The notes beneath the pieces are model-generated. The model was given only the letters and a program-made list of their open reading frames with translations. It had not been told where the DNA came from and searched no databases. A DNA stretch of 47,265 nt from Syntrophorhabdales bacterium (GTDB lineage: Bacteria; Desulfobacterota; Syntrophorhabdia; Syntrophorhabdales; WCHB1-27): positions 1 through 47,265 of the forward strand of contig JBEKJU010000001.1 of the NCBI GenBank assembly GCA_050011095.1, read 5' to 3'. A program made the position numbers and the translations under genes. Below are positions 24,950 through 34,135 of this stretch, one piece after another. Each line of letters begins with the position of its first letter. Position 1 is the first letter of the stretch.

Positions 24950-25801
24950 CTACCTCTCACCCCACTTCAGCTTGTTCCGGAGCACCTCGAAATAGCCGTT
25001 CGTCGCCGATCTTATGAGGACCACGGAGAAGGCGGATTTCTTCACGACCACCTCGTCCATGCATTCAAGGGGCAGCCCCACCTGGCCGTCGAGGGTCAGG
25101 ATAACCCTTTCGTCGGGTGATATGAGCCTCGCCCGCACCGTCACCTCGCTCGGTAGGATGAGGGGGCGATTCGTCAGCATATGCGGACAGATGGGGGTGA
25201 GCACCACGTGGTCCAGGGAAGGGTAGAGAATGGGGCCGCCGGCCGCCAGGGAATAACCCGTCGAGCCCGTGGGGGTGGAGACGATGAGCCCGTCGCCGCG
25301 GAAGGTCGTCAGATAGGCGCTGTCCACATACGTCTCGATATCGATTATGCGCGCCAGGGCGTCTTTCGCCATCACCGCGTCGTTCAGGAGGGAAAGGACG
25401 AAAATCTCCTCCCCTTCCCTTTTCACCGCGACATCGAGCATGGCCCTAGTCGACGTCTCGTAGTCGCCCGCCATCACCCGGGGCAGCATGTCCGGCAGCT
25501 CTTCGAGGGATATCTCCGTGAGGAAGCCGAGGCCGCCCAGGTTCACCCCGAGTATGGGAACGCCCCTCCCCCTTATCTGCCGGGCGACCGAAAGGAGGGT
25601 GCCGTCACCGCCGAGCACGACGATCACGTCCGCATCGTCCGCCACGTGCTCAAGCTCGAAGGCCCTGGCGTAGCCGAGCTTCCCTGCCGAGTCGTCGTCA
25701 ACGGCAATAGCGAGGGACGGGCCGTACCTGTCGATAATGCCCTGGGCAACCGCAAGGGCATCCGCCTTTTTCCTCTTGCAGACAATGTTCATCCTCACCA
25801 T
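24950..25801 (-). CDS. nadK: NAD+ kinase
   Basis: VLGGDGTLL, NDAV, and TPTGSTGYSLAAGGP motifs. I prefer the ATG at 25801 (GAAGGGGGA upstream). The ORF track over-extends it to 26011 across radC. Confidence 0.9.
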   Translation of the reverse strand: MVRMNIVCKRKKADALAVAQGIIDRYGPSLAIAVDDDSAGKLGYARAFELEHVADDADVIVVLGGDGTLLSVARQIRGRGVPILGVNLGGLGFLTEISLEELPDMLPRVMAGDYETSTRAMLDVAVKREGEEIFVLSLLNDAVMAKDALARIIDIETYVDSAYLTTFRGDGLIVSTPTGSTGYSLAAGGPILYPSLDHVVLTPICPHMLTNRPLILPSEVTVRARLISPDERVILTLDGQVGLPLECMDEVVVKKSAFSVVLIRSATNGYFEVLRNKLKWGER

Positions 25802-25829
25802 GCGCCGGTCTTCCCCCTTCACGGTCGAA

Positions 25830-26516
25830 TCACAAGAGACCCTTATCCTTGAGACTCGCATACCGTTTCCGCGTGATAATGATGTGATCGAGCACCTCGA
25901 TCCCCATGAGGCGGCCTGCCTCCGCGAGCATCCGGGTAATCGCCAGGTCGGTCTCGGAGGGCTCCGGGTCGTCGGAAGGGTGGTTGTGGACGAGTATGAT
26001 CGCCGAGGCACTGTGCATCAGGGCGTCCCTGAAGACCTCCGGGGGATGGACGAGGCTCGTGTTGAGCGTCCCCACGGAAATGGTCGATATGCCGATAATA
26101 CGGTTCCTCGTGTTCAGAAGAACAAGCTTGAAGTGCTCTTTTGCCTTGTCCACGATGCCTTTCCGGATCGCCTTCACGATGCCCTCCGGGTCCTTGATGC
26201 TGTATTCGCTCACGTCGGGCTCCAAGTCCTGGCGCCTGCCCAGCTCGAAGGCCGCCCGGAACTGGACGGCCCTCGCAAGGCCGATGCCCTTGACGCTGGA
26301 CAGCTCTTCGATCGTCGCCCGGCTGATCTCGTGGATGCTCCCGAACGTCGTCAAAAGCTCCTGGGCGATCTTTACGGCCGATCTGCCGGGGATGCCCCTT
26401 CCGATGATGAGCGTCAGCAGCTCCTGGGCTGAAAGCGCTTCGGCGCCAAGGGCCTTCAAGCGCTCGCGCGGCCGCTCCGCCCTCGGGAGGTCATGTATGG
26501 TGAAGGGGTTCTCCAT
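25830..26516 (-). CDS. radC: RadC-family (JAMM-like) DNA repair protein
   Basis: N-terminal helix-hairpin-helix region (ELLTLIIGRG). C-terminal HNHPSDDPEPSETD motif. Confidence 0.92.
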   Translation of the reverse strand: MENPFTIHDLPRAERPRERLKALGAEALSAQELLTLIIGRGIPGRSAVKIAQELLTTFGSIHEISRATIEELSSVKGIGLARAVQFRAAFELGRRQDLEPDVSEYSIKDPEGIVKAIRKGIVDKAKEHFKLVLLNTRNRIIGISTISVGTLNTSLVHPPEVFRDALMHSASAIILVHNHPSDDPEPSETDLAITRMLAEAGRLMGIEVLDHIIITRKRYASLKDKGLL

Positions 26517-26537
26517 GGAAAAAAAATTCCGTTAAAG

Positions 26538-26565
26538 ATTATACAGGTTAAAGCGGCAATTACAA
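26538..26565 (-). promoter_or_regulatory. Candidate radC operon promoter TTGTAA-16-TATAAT
   Basis: On the minus strand, ttgtaa is at 26565-26560 and tataat at 26543-26538. It lies 21 nt before the ATG at 26516, with no clear Shine-Dalgarno. Confidence 0.5.
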
Positions 26566-26585
26566 CTACAACGAGAGAATAAATG

Positions 26586-26824
26586 ACCCTGCTGCTTGCA
26601 GCAGGGTATCCAAGACAACGAGCGGAGCGAGTCTTTGAGCAGTTGAGTCTCGGGGCACCCGCTTGCGGGTCGTGGCTTTGCCCGCAGAGGGGGCGACCGC
26701 GGGTACCCACACAGTGGGTCGCGCGAAGTGGGTGTCCCAATAATTGCCGGCGGAGCGAAGCGGAAAAAGATTCTCCCTGCAGCAAGCTGCAGGGAATCCG
26801 CAAGTTTAAGGGCGGAGACGACGG
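26586..26824. repeat. Hairpin-rich intergenic element: two ~45-bp imperfect repeat units, each starting with a perfect hairpin, flanking a ~140-bp GC-rich structured core (candidate ncRNA or REP/MITE-like element)
   Basis: Hairpins accctgctgc-tt-gcagcagggt at 26586-26607 and ccctgcag-caag-ctgcaggg at 26775-26794. The tails share (t/a)atcc...gcggag.ga. The core contains acccgc-tt-gcgggt at 26657-26670 and acccac-aca-gtgggt at 26705-26719. Confidence 0.5.
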
Positions 26825-26865
26825 GGACATCCGGTTACGGGCCGCGGTCGGGGATGCCGGACGCG

Positions 26866-28629
26866 TTATTCCTCCATGGCCCTCATTATCTCCTCGGCGA
26901 CGGAGCGGTTGAAACCCTTGATCCGGGCGATGTTTTCCGCGCCTGCCCTCTTTATTTCCTCTATCGAGGGGAAGGTCTTAAGAAGCACCATCGCCCTCTT
27001 CTTCCCCACGCCCTTGATGCCCTCCAGCTCCGAGACCAGATCTTCCCGTCTTTTCCATTTTTTGTGGGAGGTGATGGCAAAGCGGTGGGCCTCGTCCCTC
27101 ATCCGCACGACCTCCTTGAAAACGGGCGAGGACTTCGGAAGGAGGAGGGGGTTCTTTCTGAGGGGCAAATACAGGATGTCCTCCATTCTCCTTCGCCTCT
27201 CGCCCTTCGCGATGCCCATGGCGTCGACGGGGGGGACCATCCCCCTGAAAAGGGTCGTCGCTGCGGCGAGCTGGGCCTTGCCCCCGTCGACGATGACGAG
27301 ATCGGGCAGGGGCCGCATGCGCTCGTCGCCGATGCGCCGCCTCAGCACCTCGGCCATCATGGCCACGTCATCCTCGCTCGCCGCCTCCCGTATGTGAAAA
27401 ACCCTGTATCCCTCTTTTTTCGGTTTAAAGTCCTCGAACACGACCATGATGCCCGACGGGTTCTGCCCATGGGTATGGGAGATATCGTATATTTCGATCC
27501 TTTTCGGCGGCCTCGTCAGGTGGAGCACCTTCTTGAACGCCTCGTCGAGGACCGTTGTCTCGACCTCGTGCAGGTTCTCGACGGCGAGCCTGATCACGTC
27601 GGCGCAGCCGGCATCGAGCGGCCCGTGGATGCGTACCCGGGCCTTCTTCTTTTCCCTCAAATACTGCTGGAGCAGGGGTCTGTCCTCGATCTCTTCCGAG
27701 AGGACGATCTCGTCGGGAATCGGCCTCGTGCTGTAGTACTGGAAAAGAAAGGACGCGAGCGACTCGTCGAGGGCGGGCGCGAAGGATTCCTTGAAGGTCC
27801 TCTTCGAGATCAGGACGCCCCTCCTGAAGGTAAGGACGACCAGCCTCAGTCGGCCCTCTTCCGCGAGGAAGCCCCACGCGTCCCTATCTATCCCCATGTG
27901 CTCGTGGACGTGCTGCTTCTCGACGAGCCTTCTTACGGCGTCGTATTTCTCCTTCCCGGCCTGGGCCTCCTCGAAATTCCACGATTTCGCGGCCTCCTCG
28001 ATCCGCGCCTCTAACCTCTTTAGAAGCGTCTCGTTCTTCCCCTGGAGAAAATCGGCGACCTCACAGACGATCGCCCGGTACGCCGCCTCGTCGATACGGC
28101 CCACGCAGGGAGCGGGGCATTTTTCAAGCTCCGAGAGCATGCACGGCCTCGTCCGCCGGTCGAAGACGGAATCCCTGCACCGCCTCATGGGATAGACCGA
28201 CTGGACGACCTTCAGAAGCTCCCTCGCGTCCTTTGCGTAGGGATGCGGCCCGAAATAGAGCGCCCCGTCGTCCTTGATCGTCCTCGTCACGGTGAGGGCG
28301 GGGAACCTGTCCTTTATGCTGAGCCTCAGGGAGACATACGTCTTGTCGTCCTTCAGGATGATATTGTACTTCGGCTGGTGTTCCTTGATGAGGTTGTTTT
28401 CGAGGAGGAACGCCTCTTTCTCGTTCCCCGTCAGGACGATCGACACATCGTCGACGTGTCTCAGGAGCCGCTCGGTCTTGCCGTCCTTCTTCCCCTTCCT
28501 GAAGTAGCTCCTCACCCGGTCCCGGAGGCTCCTCGCCTTGCCCACGTAAAGGATCTCCTTCGCCTCGTCCTTGAAGAGGTAGACGCCGGGGCTCTCGGGA
28601 AGATGGGAGATATAGTCGTCCGAGATCAT
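26866..28629 (-). CDS. uvrC: Excinuclease ABC subunit C
   Basis: GIY-YIG (GVYLFKD..ILYVGKA), UVR domain, Endo-V-like domain, and C-terminal (HhH)2. I prefer the ATG at 28629, 1 nt after the uvrB TAG, over the TTG at 28641. Confidence 0.93.
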   Translation of the reverse strand: MISDDYISHLPESPGVYLFKDEAKEILYVGKARSLRDRVRSYFRKGKKDGKTERLLRHVDDVSIVLTGNEKEAFLLENNLIKEHQPKYNIILKDDKTYVSLRLSIKDRFPALTVTRTIKDDGALYFGPHPYAKDARELLKVVQSVYPMRRCRDSVFDRRTRPCMLSELEKCPAPCVGRIDEAAYRAIVCEVADFLQGKNETLLKRLEARIEEAAKSWNFEEAQAGKEKYDAVRRLVEKQHVHEHMGIDRDAWGFLAEEGRLRLVVLTFRRGVLISKRTFKESFAPALDESLASFLFQYYSTRPIPDEIVLSEEIEDRPLLQQYLREKKKARVRIHGPLDAGCADVIRLAVENLHEVETTVLDEAFKKVLHLTRPPKRIEIYDISHTHGQNPSGIMVVFEDFKPKKEGYRVFHIREAASEDDVAMMAEVLRRRIGDERMRPLPDLVIVDGGKAQLAAATTLFRGMVPPVDAMGIAKGERRRRMEDILYLPLRKNPLLLPKSSPVFKEVVRMRDEAHRFAITSHKKWKRREDLVSELEGIKGVGKKRAMVLLKTFPSIEEIKRAGAENIARIKGFNRSVAEEIMRAMEE

Positions 28630-28630
28630 C

Positions 28631-30616
28631 CTATATGGCAAGCTCCATCTGTTCGAGCTTCGCGAGCCTGTCCCTGAGCTGGGCCGCCCTCTCGAAGTCC
28701 CACCTCTTCGCCGCCTCGTTTATGTCTTTTTTCAGCTTCTTGACGATCTTCGAGAGCTTCTTCGGATCGATGCCCTGCTCCTCGAGCCCGTCCGGGTCGA
28801 CCGTGTAGTAGTCCTTCTCGTAGATGCTGGAGAGGATGTCGACGATCGACTTCTTGATGCCTTCCGGGGTTATGCCGTGGGCCTCGTTGTATGCCATCTG
28901 GACCATGCGCCTTCGCGTTGTCTCGTCCAGGGTGCGCCTCATCGAATCGGTGACCTTGTCGGCGAACATGACGACCCTGCCGTTGACGTTCCGCGCGGCC
29001 CGGCCGCACGTCTGGATCAGCGACGTGTCGGAGCGGAGAAACCCCTCCTTGTCCGCATCCAGTATGGCGACTAGGGCCACCTCCGGCAGGTCGAGCCCCT
29101 CCCGGAGGAGGTTGACGCCCACGAGGACATCGAACTTCCCGAGTCGCAGATCGCGGACAATGGCGATCCTTTCGAGCGTGTCGACCTCCGAGTGGAGATA
29201 CTTCGCCCTTATTCCCGCGTCGAGCAGAAAGTCCGTCAGGTCCTCGGCGAACCGCTTCGTCAGCGTCGTGATGAGGGTCCTCTCCCTGTTCGCTATGACC
29301 TTCTTCACCTCTTCGAGGAGGGCGTCCACCTGGTTGCGGGCAGGCATCACCTCGACTGCCGGGTCGATCAACCCCGTGGGCCGGACGATCTGCTCGACCA
29401 CATGTCCCCTGGACCTCGCAAGCTCGTAGGTCGCGGGCGTGGCGGAGACATAGATCACCTGGCTCGTCCGCTTCTGGAACTCCTCAAAGGTCAGGGGGCG
29501 GTTATCGAGGGCCGACGGGAGGCGGAAGCCATAGTTGACCAGGGTCTCCTTCCGCGACCTGTCCCCCCGGTACATGCCCTGGATCTGGGGCACGGTCACG
29601 TGACTCTCGTCGATGACCACGAGGGCGTTCTTCGGGATATAGTCCATGAGGGTCGGGGGCGCCTCTCCGGGCTTCCGCCCCGTCAGGTGCCTCGAATAGT
29701 TCTCGATGCCCGGACAATAGCCGATCTCCCTCAGCATTTCGACATCGTACCTGGTCCTCGCCTCGAGCCGCTGCGCCTCGAGAAGCTTCCCCGCCCCCCT
29801 AAGCTCCTTCAGCCGGTAATGGAGTTCCTCCTCGATGCTGACGACCGCCGTATCGAGCTTCTCCCTCGGCGTCACATAGTGGGTCGCCGGGTATATGGTG
29901 CACCTCGTCAGCCTCTCGACGGTCCTCCCCGTGAGCGGATCGATGGCGAAGATCCCCGATACCGTGTCGTCGTCGAGGACGATCCGCAAGGCCCTGTCCT
30001 CCTCGTAGGCGGGAAAGACGTCTATATTCTCTCCCCTCAGCCTGAACCGTCCCCGGTAGAAATCGATGTCGTTCCGCTCGTACTGGCACTCGATCAGCTT
30101 GTCGAGCAAGGCCTTGCGGCCTATCGAGACGCCCTCCTCGACGTAGATGAGCATGCCGTAGTACGCCTCCGGCGAGCCCAGGCCGTAAATGCAGGAGACG
30201 CTCGCGACGATGATGACGTCATCCCTTTCAAAGAGGGCATTCGTTGCCGAGAGGCGCAGCTTGTCGATCTCTTCGTTGATGGACGCGTCCTTCTCTATGT
30301 ACGTGTCCGTCGGCGGCACGTAGGCCTCGGGCTGATAGTAGTCGTAATAGCTCACGAAGAAGTGGACGGCGTTCCGGGGGAAGAGCGTCTTGAACTCCGT
30401 ATAGAGCTGGGCCGCGAGCGTCTTGTTGTGCGACATGACCAGGGTCGGCCGCTGCACGCGCTCGACGACGTTCGCGACGGTAAAGGTCTTGCCCGAGCCC
30501 GTGACGCCGAGAAGCACCTGATCGGGCACGCCATCCCGCACGTTCGCGGTGAGTTTCTCTATCGCCTCCGGCTGATCGCCCGCCGGCTGATAATCGCTCT
30601 TCAGGGTGAATTCCAT
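28631..30616 (-). CDS. uvrB: Excinuclease ABC subunit B
   Basis: [12 protein letters not shown], helicase C domain, and C-terminal UVR motif ([13 protein letters not shown]). Confidence 0.95.
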   Translation of the reverse strand: MEFTLKSDYQPAGDQPEAIEKLTANVRDGVPDQVLLGVTGSGKTFTVANVVERVQRPTLVMSHNKTLAAQLYTEFKTLFPRNAVHFFVSYYDYYQPEAYVPPTDTYIEKDASINEEIDKLRLSATNALFERDDVIIVASVSCIYGLGSPEAYYGMLIYVEEGVSIGRKALLDKLIECQYERNDIDFYRGRFRLRGENIDVFPAYEEDRALRIVLDDDTVSGIFAIDPLTGRTVERLTRCTIYPATHYVTPREKLDTAVVSIEEELHYRLKELRGAGKLLEAQRLEARTRYDVEMLREIGYCPGIENYSRHLTGRKPGEAPPTLMDYIPKNALVVIDESHVTVPQIQGMYRGDRSRKETLVNYGFRLPSALDNRPLTFEEFQKRTSQVIYVSATPATYELARSRGHVVEQIVRPTGLIDPAVEVMPARNQVDALLEEVKKVIANRERTLITTLTKRFAEDLTDFLLDAGIRAKYLHSEVDTLERIAIVRDLRLGKFDVLVGVNLLREGLDLPEVALVAILDADKEGFLRSDTSLIQTCGRAARNVNGRVVMFADKVTDSMRRTLDETTRRRMVQMAYNEAHGITPEGIKKSIVDILSSIYEKDYYTVDPDGLEEQGIDPKKLSKIVKKLKKDINEAAKRWDFERAAQLRDRLAKLEQMELAI

Positions 30617-30624
30617 CAGGAAAT

Positions 30625-30653
30625 ATTCTAACGCCGGGAGGAACCATTGTCAA
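30625..30653 (-). promoter_or_regulatory. uvrBC promoter TTGACA-17-TAGAAT, 8 nt from the ATG (leaderless)
   Basis: On the minus strand, ttgaca is at 30653-30648, tagaat at 30630-30625, and the ATG at 30616. The 8 intervening nt (atttcctg) contain no Shine-Dalgarno. Confidence 0.65.
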
Positions 30654-30721
30654 AAACGCCACGCCACGCCGGATGTCCGCTGCTTTCGCTGCCCCCCCGC
30701 CTCTTCGCCTTTTCGCCCGCC

Positions 30722-30751
30722 TTGACGCCCCCCCGATGGGCCGCCTATACT
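30722..30751 (+). promoter_or_regulatory. Promoter TTGACG-18-TATACT, 9 nt from the ATG of the GT9 gene (leaderless)
   Basis: ttgacg 30722-30727, tatact 30746-30751, ATG 30761. Confidence 0.55.
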
Positions 30752-30760
30752 CTTGGCAGG

Positions 30761-31579
30761 ATGTCAAAAAATGACACGGGGCAGGACGATCAATCCCTCT
30801 TCATCCATCCCGGGGGTCTCGGCGACGTCTGCCTTTCCGAATCGACGATCCTCTCCCTGAAAGGCCACTTCGGAACCCCCTTTCGGGCGGTGGGGACAAA
30901 GAGGGTCCTCGATCTCTTCGGCGGCTACTTCACCTCCGTCGATTCCCTTGACCGAAGAACGTGGGCCTATCTCTTCTCCGATTCCCTGGACGGGCCATCG
31001 TGGCGGAGGGTCGTCTTCATCGGCAAGGACCGCGGGGGTTCGATCCGCGCGCGCCTTTCCCGCCTAACGGGTGAGCTAATCTTCATCGATATGTATCCCG
31101 ACCTGCCCGTTGCCCCCGTGGAGGACTACCAGATCGGGCAGCTCGGCCCGTACGGAATCGCGCCGATCAGGAAGGAGACCCAGGCGAGGACCGGCGGGCG
31201 CATCATTCTCTATCCGGAGCGGCCTTACGGGAAGAGGAAATGGCCGGTCGACCGTTTTCTTGAGGTTTACCGGATACTGGCGGAACAGGGGATGGACGTG
31301 GTGCTCATGCGGCCGCCCGACCTCGATCTCGGCCCCGAGGCCGCATGTTCCTTTGAAGGGCTTTCCGATATCGCCGCCTTCTTCTCGGCGGGCGGCGTCT
31401 TTTTCTCGAACGACTCGGGCATGGCCCATTTCGCCTCGCGGTGCGGCCTTCGCCCGCTCACCCTCTTCTGCGACGCGGACCCGCTCGTCTGGCGCCCCAA
31501 AGACGCCCTTGTCCTTGACCGTCGGGAGAGACCGCCCGAGGTGGACGAGGTAGTGGCCTTCATACTTTCGGGGATATAA
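30761..31579 (+). CDS. Glycosyltransferase family 9 (heptosyltransferase-like)
   Basis: LFIHPGGLGDVCLSESTILSLK N-terminal motif and C-terminal FSNDSGMAHFA. I prefer the ATG at 30761 over the TTG at 30647. Confidence 0.8.
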   Translation: MSKNDTGQDDQSLFIHPGGLGDVCLSESTILSLKGHFGTPFRAVGTKRVLDLFGGYFTSVDSLDRRTWAYLFSDSLDGPSWRRVVFIGKDRGGSIRARLSRLTGELIFIDMYPDLPVAPVEDYQIGQLGPYGIAPIRKETQARTGGRIILYPERPYGKRKWPVDRFLEVYRILAEQGMDVVLMRPPDLDLGPEAACSFEGLSDIAAFFSAGGVFFSNDSGMAHFASRCGLRPLTLFCDADPLVWRPKDALVLDRRERPPEVDEVVAFILSGI

Positions 31580-31621
31580 GGGCCGTCTCCGGCCCGCACG
31601 TTCCACGGACCATGTCAACGT

Positions 31622-32965
31622 CTATCCGCTCTTTTTTTTCTTCTCCTTCTCGGGCTTCATCCTGTCGAGGAGCTTCAGGATTTCCTGGGCCTCACCGGAG
31701 TTCATCCCATACTTGGAGATCGCCTTTTCGAGGTTGACCTTGGCGGCGGGGAACCTGCCGGTCTCGAAGTAGTAGCGGCCCAGATATTCATACCCCCCGG
31801 CCTCATTGCCCTGTCGTCCGAAGACCATCCCCATCCTCTGGTAGACGTCCGGAAATGTGTCGCCATAGGGGGCCAACTCGCCGAGGATTCCCCCGGCGGT
31901 CGCCAGGTCGCCCTGCCCCTCGTAGGCCTTGGCGAGGTAATATCGCGCGACAGGATGGGTCTCGTTCTCCAGGACCGCGATCGCCTCACTGAAGCGGTGG
32001 CCCGTGACCAGGAACTCTCCCACGAACAATGACCTGTGGGGGGAATCAATGGCCTTCGCAATGGCGAGCGCCCGATCCCAGTCCCCCTTCAGCGAATAGA
32101 CGAGCGCCGCGCCGTAGGCGCCGACCGCGTCCTTGGGGTCCTTATTGTATCGGTGCAGCCATATGTCCTCGTTCTGGGCGCCCACGGGCTTCCCGAGAAT
32201 ACGAAGCCTCGCGACAACAAAGGGGAAGAGCGATACATCCACCCTGGTTTTCGCGGGAGATGCCATCTGTCGTATCCTTATTACCCTGGCTTCCGAATAA
32301 GGATGGGTAAGCAGATATTGAGGCAGCATTTTCTCCAGACCCGTGCTCGCGATTTTTTTCAGGAACTCGGCGCTTCCGGCGCCGTTATAGCCCGCAGCCT
32401 CGGCCTTGGCCACACCGCCCGCGTCGGCCTCATCCTCAAACTCCCTCGAATGTTTCAGGGCTATCGTCTGTCCCGCCCCCATCCCGGTCGTCATGATCGC
32501 GGCCTTTCCGGCGGCGGAGGGGGCGAGCATGCCGAGGAGCATGGCCCCGAGCATGCCCCAGTTGACGTACTTATCCTTTTCGATGCTCTTTGCCACGTGG
32601 CGCCTTCCCACGTGAGTAAACTCATGGGCAAGCACGCCCGCTATCTCTTCCTCCTTGTCGGCCTGCTCGAGGATGCCCGTCGTCACATAGACGTAGCCGC
32701 CTGTTGTCGCGAACGCGTCGAGGGTGTCGCTTTCCATGATGCTGAGCTTTATGGGGAAGGGCAGGTCGGAAACCGTCTCGAGCCTCCTCTTGATGATGCC
32801 CATCTGGATGGAGACGTAGGGATCGGAGTAGAGCCGGGCCGACGCCACGAGCTCGAGGTACGATTCCTGTCCGTATTTGGTTTCGTCGCTGAGGGTCAAC
32901 GCCCACAACGAGAGGGGGAAAAAGAAGAGGAGGACAAGCGCGGTGAGATACCTGAACTTCATCAC
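31622..32965 (-). CDS. M48-family zinc metalloprotease with TPR domain (BepA/YfgC-like)
   Basis: Signal peptide, HEFTHV (HExxH), and C-terminal TPR-like repeats. The start overlaps the upstream gene's stop (4-nt overlap). Confidence 0.88.
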   Translation of the reverse strand: MMKFRYLTALVLLFFFPLSLWALTLSDETKYGQESYLELVASARLYSDPYVSIQMGIIKRRLETVSDLPFPIKLSIMESDTLDAFATTGGYVYVTTGILEQADKEEEIAGVLAHEFTHVGRRHVAKSIEKDKYVNWGMLGAMLLGMLAPSAAGKAAIMTTGMGAGQTIALKHSREFEDEADAGGVAKAEAAGYNGAGSAEFLKKIASTGLEKMLPQYLLTHPYSEARVIRIRQMASPAKTRVDVSLFPFVVARLRILGKPVGAQNEDIWLHRYNKDPKDAVGAYGAALVYSLKGDWDRALAIAKAIDSPHRSLFVGEFLVTGHRFSEAIAVLENETHPVARYYLAKAYEGQGDLATAGGILGELAPYGDTFPDVYQRMGMVFGRQGNEAGGYEYLGRYYFETGRFPAAKVNLEKAISKYGMNSGEAQEILKLLDRMKPEKEKKKKSG

Positions 32966-33918
32966 ACTCTTCGTGATCTCGGGTGCTTCCCTCTTTTCGC
33001 GGCCAGCCTCTTTCTTGCCTCTTTCTTCACCGTATAGGAGGCGAGGCGCACCCGCCTCTCCCCTGCCGGCCTATAGGCGCCCAGGGTGATGTTGCTCGCC
33101 TTCACGAGCGATAACTCCCTCTGGGTCGGCACATTCGTATAGATGTTCTGCAGGATGCCGACCGCGTCTCCCCAGAGGTTCCTGCTTCCGAGACTCGACA
33201 GGATATAGGTCTTCCCTTCCTTCTCGAAGGCGCCCACGTAGCAGTGTTTGGAAGCATGGGTAAATCCCGTTTTTCCCCCGATCGACGGGGAGAAGCAGAA
33301 AAGGAGGCGGTTGTGGTTCATGTACCGCACATCGGCATCGCCCCTGTTGAAGAAGAAGTATTTCGTGCCGACTATTTCCTGAAATCTCTTGTTTTCAAGG
33401 GCATAGCGAAAGATCAGGGCAAGGTCGTAGGCGGAAGTGCAGTGGCCCGGTACATAGAGGCCCGAGGAGTTTTCGAAATGACTATCCTGCGCGCCTATTT
33501 CACGCGCCTTCTCGTTCATCATCTCCGCGAACCTCTCTTCGCTTCCCGCGACGGCGACCGAGAGCGAATAGGCGGCGTCGTTCGCCGATTCCACCAGGGC
33601 CCCCGTGATCAGGTCACCGGCCTTGTAGGGCCTGCCGGGCAAAAGGCTCAGCTTCGAGGCAGGGATGGAAAGGACCTGTTTGGTCGGCACGATGCTCTGT
33701 TCCTCGTCGAGCTTTTCGAGGGCAAGTATCGTGGTCATCACCTTTGTCGTGCTCGCCGGCGGCAGGCTGCGGTGATAGTCCTTGCCCGCGATGACCGCGA
33801 GTGTGTCCTTTTCGACCAGTAAATAGGAATCGGCGGTGATGGTGGCGGCGCCCGCGGAAAACGGGAAAATCATGAGGAATAGAAGAATGAGACGCGTCAC
33901 GATTCCTTTATATATCAT
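32962..33918 (-). CDS. D-alanyl-D-alanine carboxypeptidase (S11 serine peptidase, low-MW PBP)
   Basis: Signal peptide. SxxK (PASTTK), SxN (ESAND), and KTG (GGKTGFT). Confidence 0.88.
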   Translation of the reverse strand: MIYKGIVTRLILLFLMIFPFSAGAATITADSYLLVEKDTLAVIAGKDYHRSLPPASTTKVMTTILALEKLDEEQSIVPTKQVLSIPASKLSLLPGRPYKAGDLITGALVESANDAAYSLSVAVAGSEERFAEMMNEKAREIGAQDSHFENSSGLYVPGHCTSAYDLALIFRYALENKRFQEIVGTKYFFFNRGDADVRYMNHNRLLFCFSPSIGGKTGFTHASKHCYVGAFEKEGKTYILSSLGSRNLWGDAVGILQNIYTNVPTQRELSLVKASNITLGAYRPAGERRVRLASYTVKKEARKRLAAKRGKHPRSRRV

Positions 33919-34101
33919 ATCGTCGCCTTATGCAATATTTTTCGTCGTTTTTTTTATATCCCTTACGGCAGAAGTATATACGTATGACGACCGATTTTCA
34001 AGGTGCAGGTGGTACATGCCCCACGGTTGTCCCTTCGGCCCCCTGTCCCGCCCTCCTTCCGGCCGGTCGCGCCCCGGCCGCATGCCCCGGCGGGACGGCC
34101 T

Positions 34102-34129
34102 TTCACTTTTTCCGACCTTATAGTATTAT
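34102..34129 (+). promoter_or_regulatory. Candidate selB promoter TTCACT-16-TATTAT, 6 nt from the ATG (leaderless)
   Basis: ttcact 34102-34107, tattat 34124-34129, ATG 34136. The GTG at 34130 abuts the -10 and is therefore unlikely to be the start. Confidence 0.5.
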
Positions 34130-34135
34130 GTGACT

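Noticed and set aside
26566-26865. The structured intergenic region as a known housekeeping RNA (RNase P RNA, tmRNA, 6S, SRP RNA).
   Set aside because: Neither strand carries the signature strings I know. These are GAGGAAAGTCC / ACAGAACCCGGCTTA for RNase P, a tRNA-like GGGG...TCGA(A/C)TCC...CCACCA end for tmRNA, and the GGAAGCAGCC-type SRP domain IV.
33919-34135. Possible tRNA-Sec (selC) or a selA fragment adjacent to selB.
   Set aside because: There is no cloverleaf with a UCA anticodon or long variable arm. The region holds only an AT-rich promoter region and GC-rich spacer.
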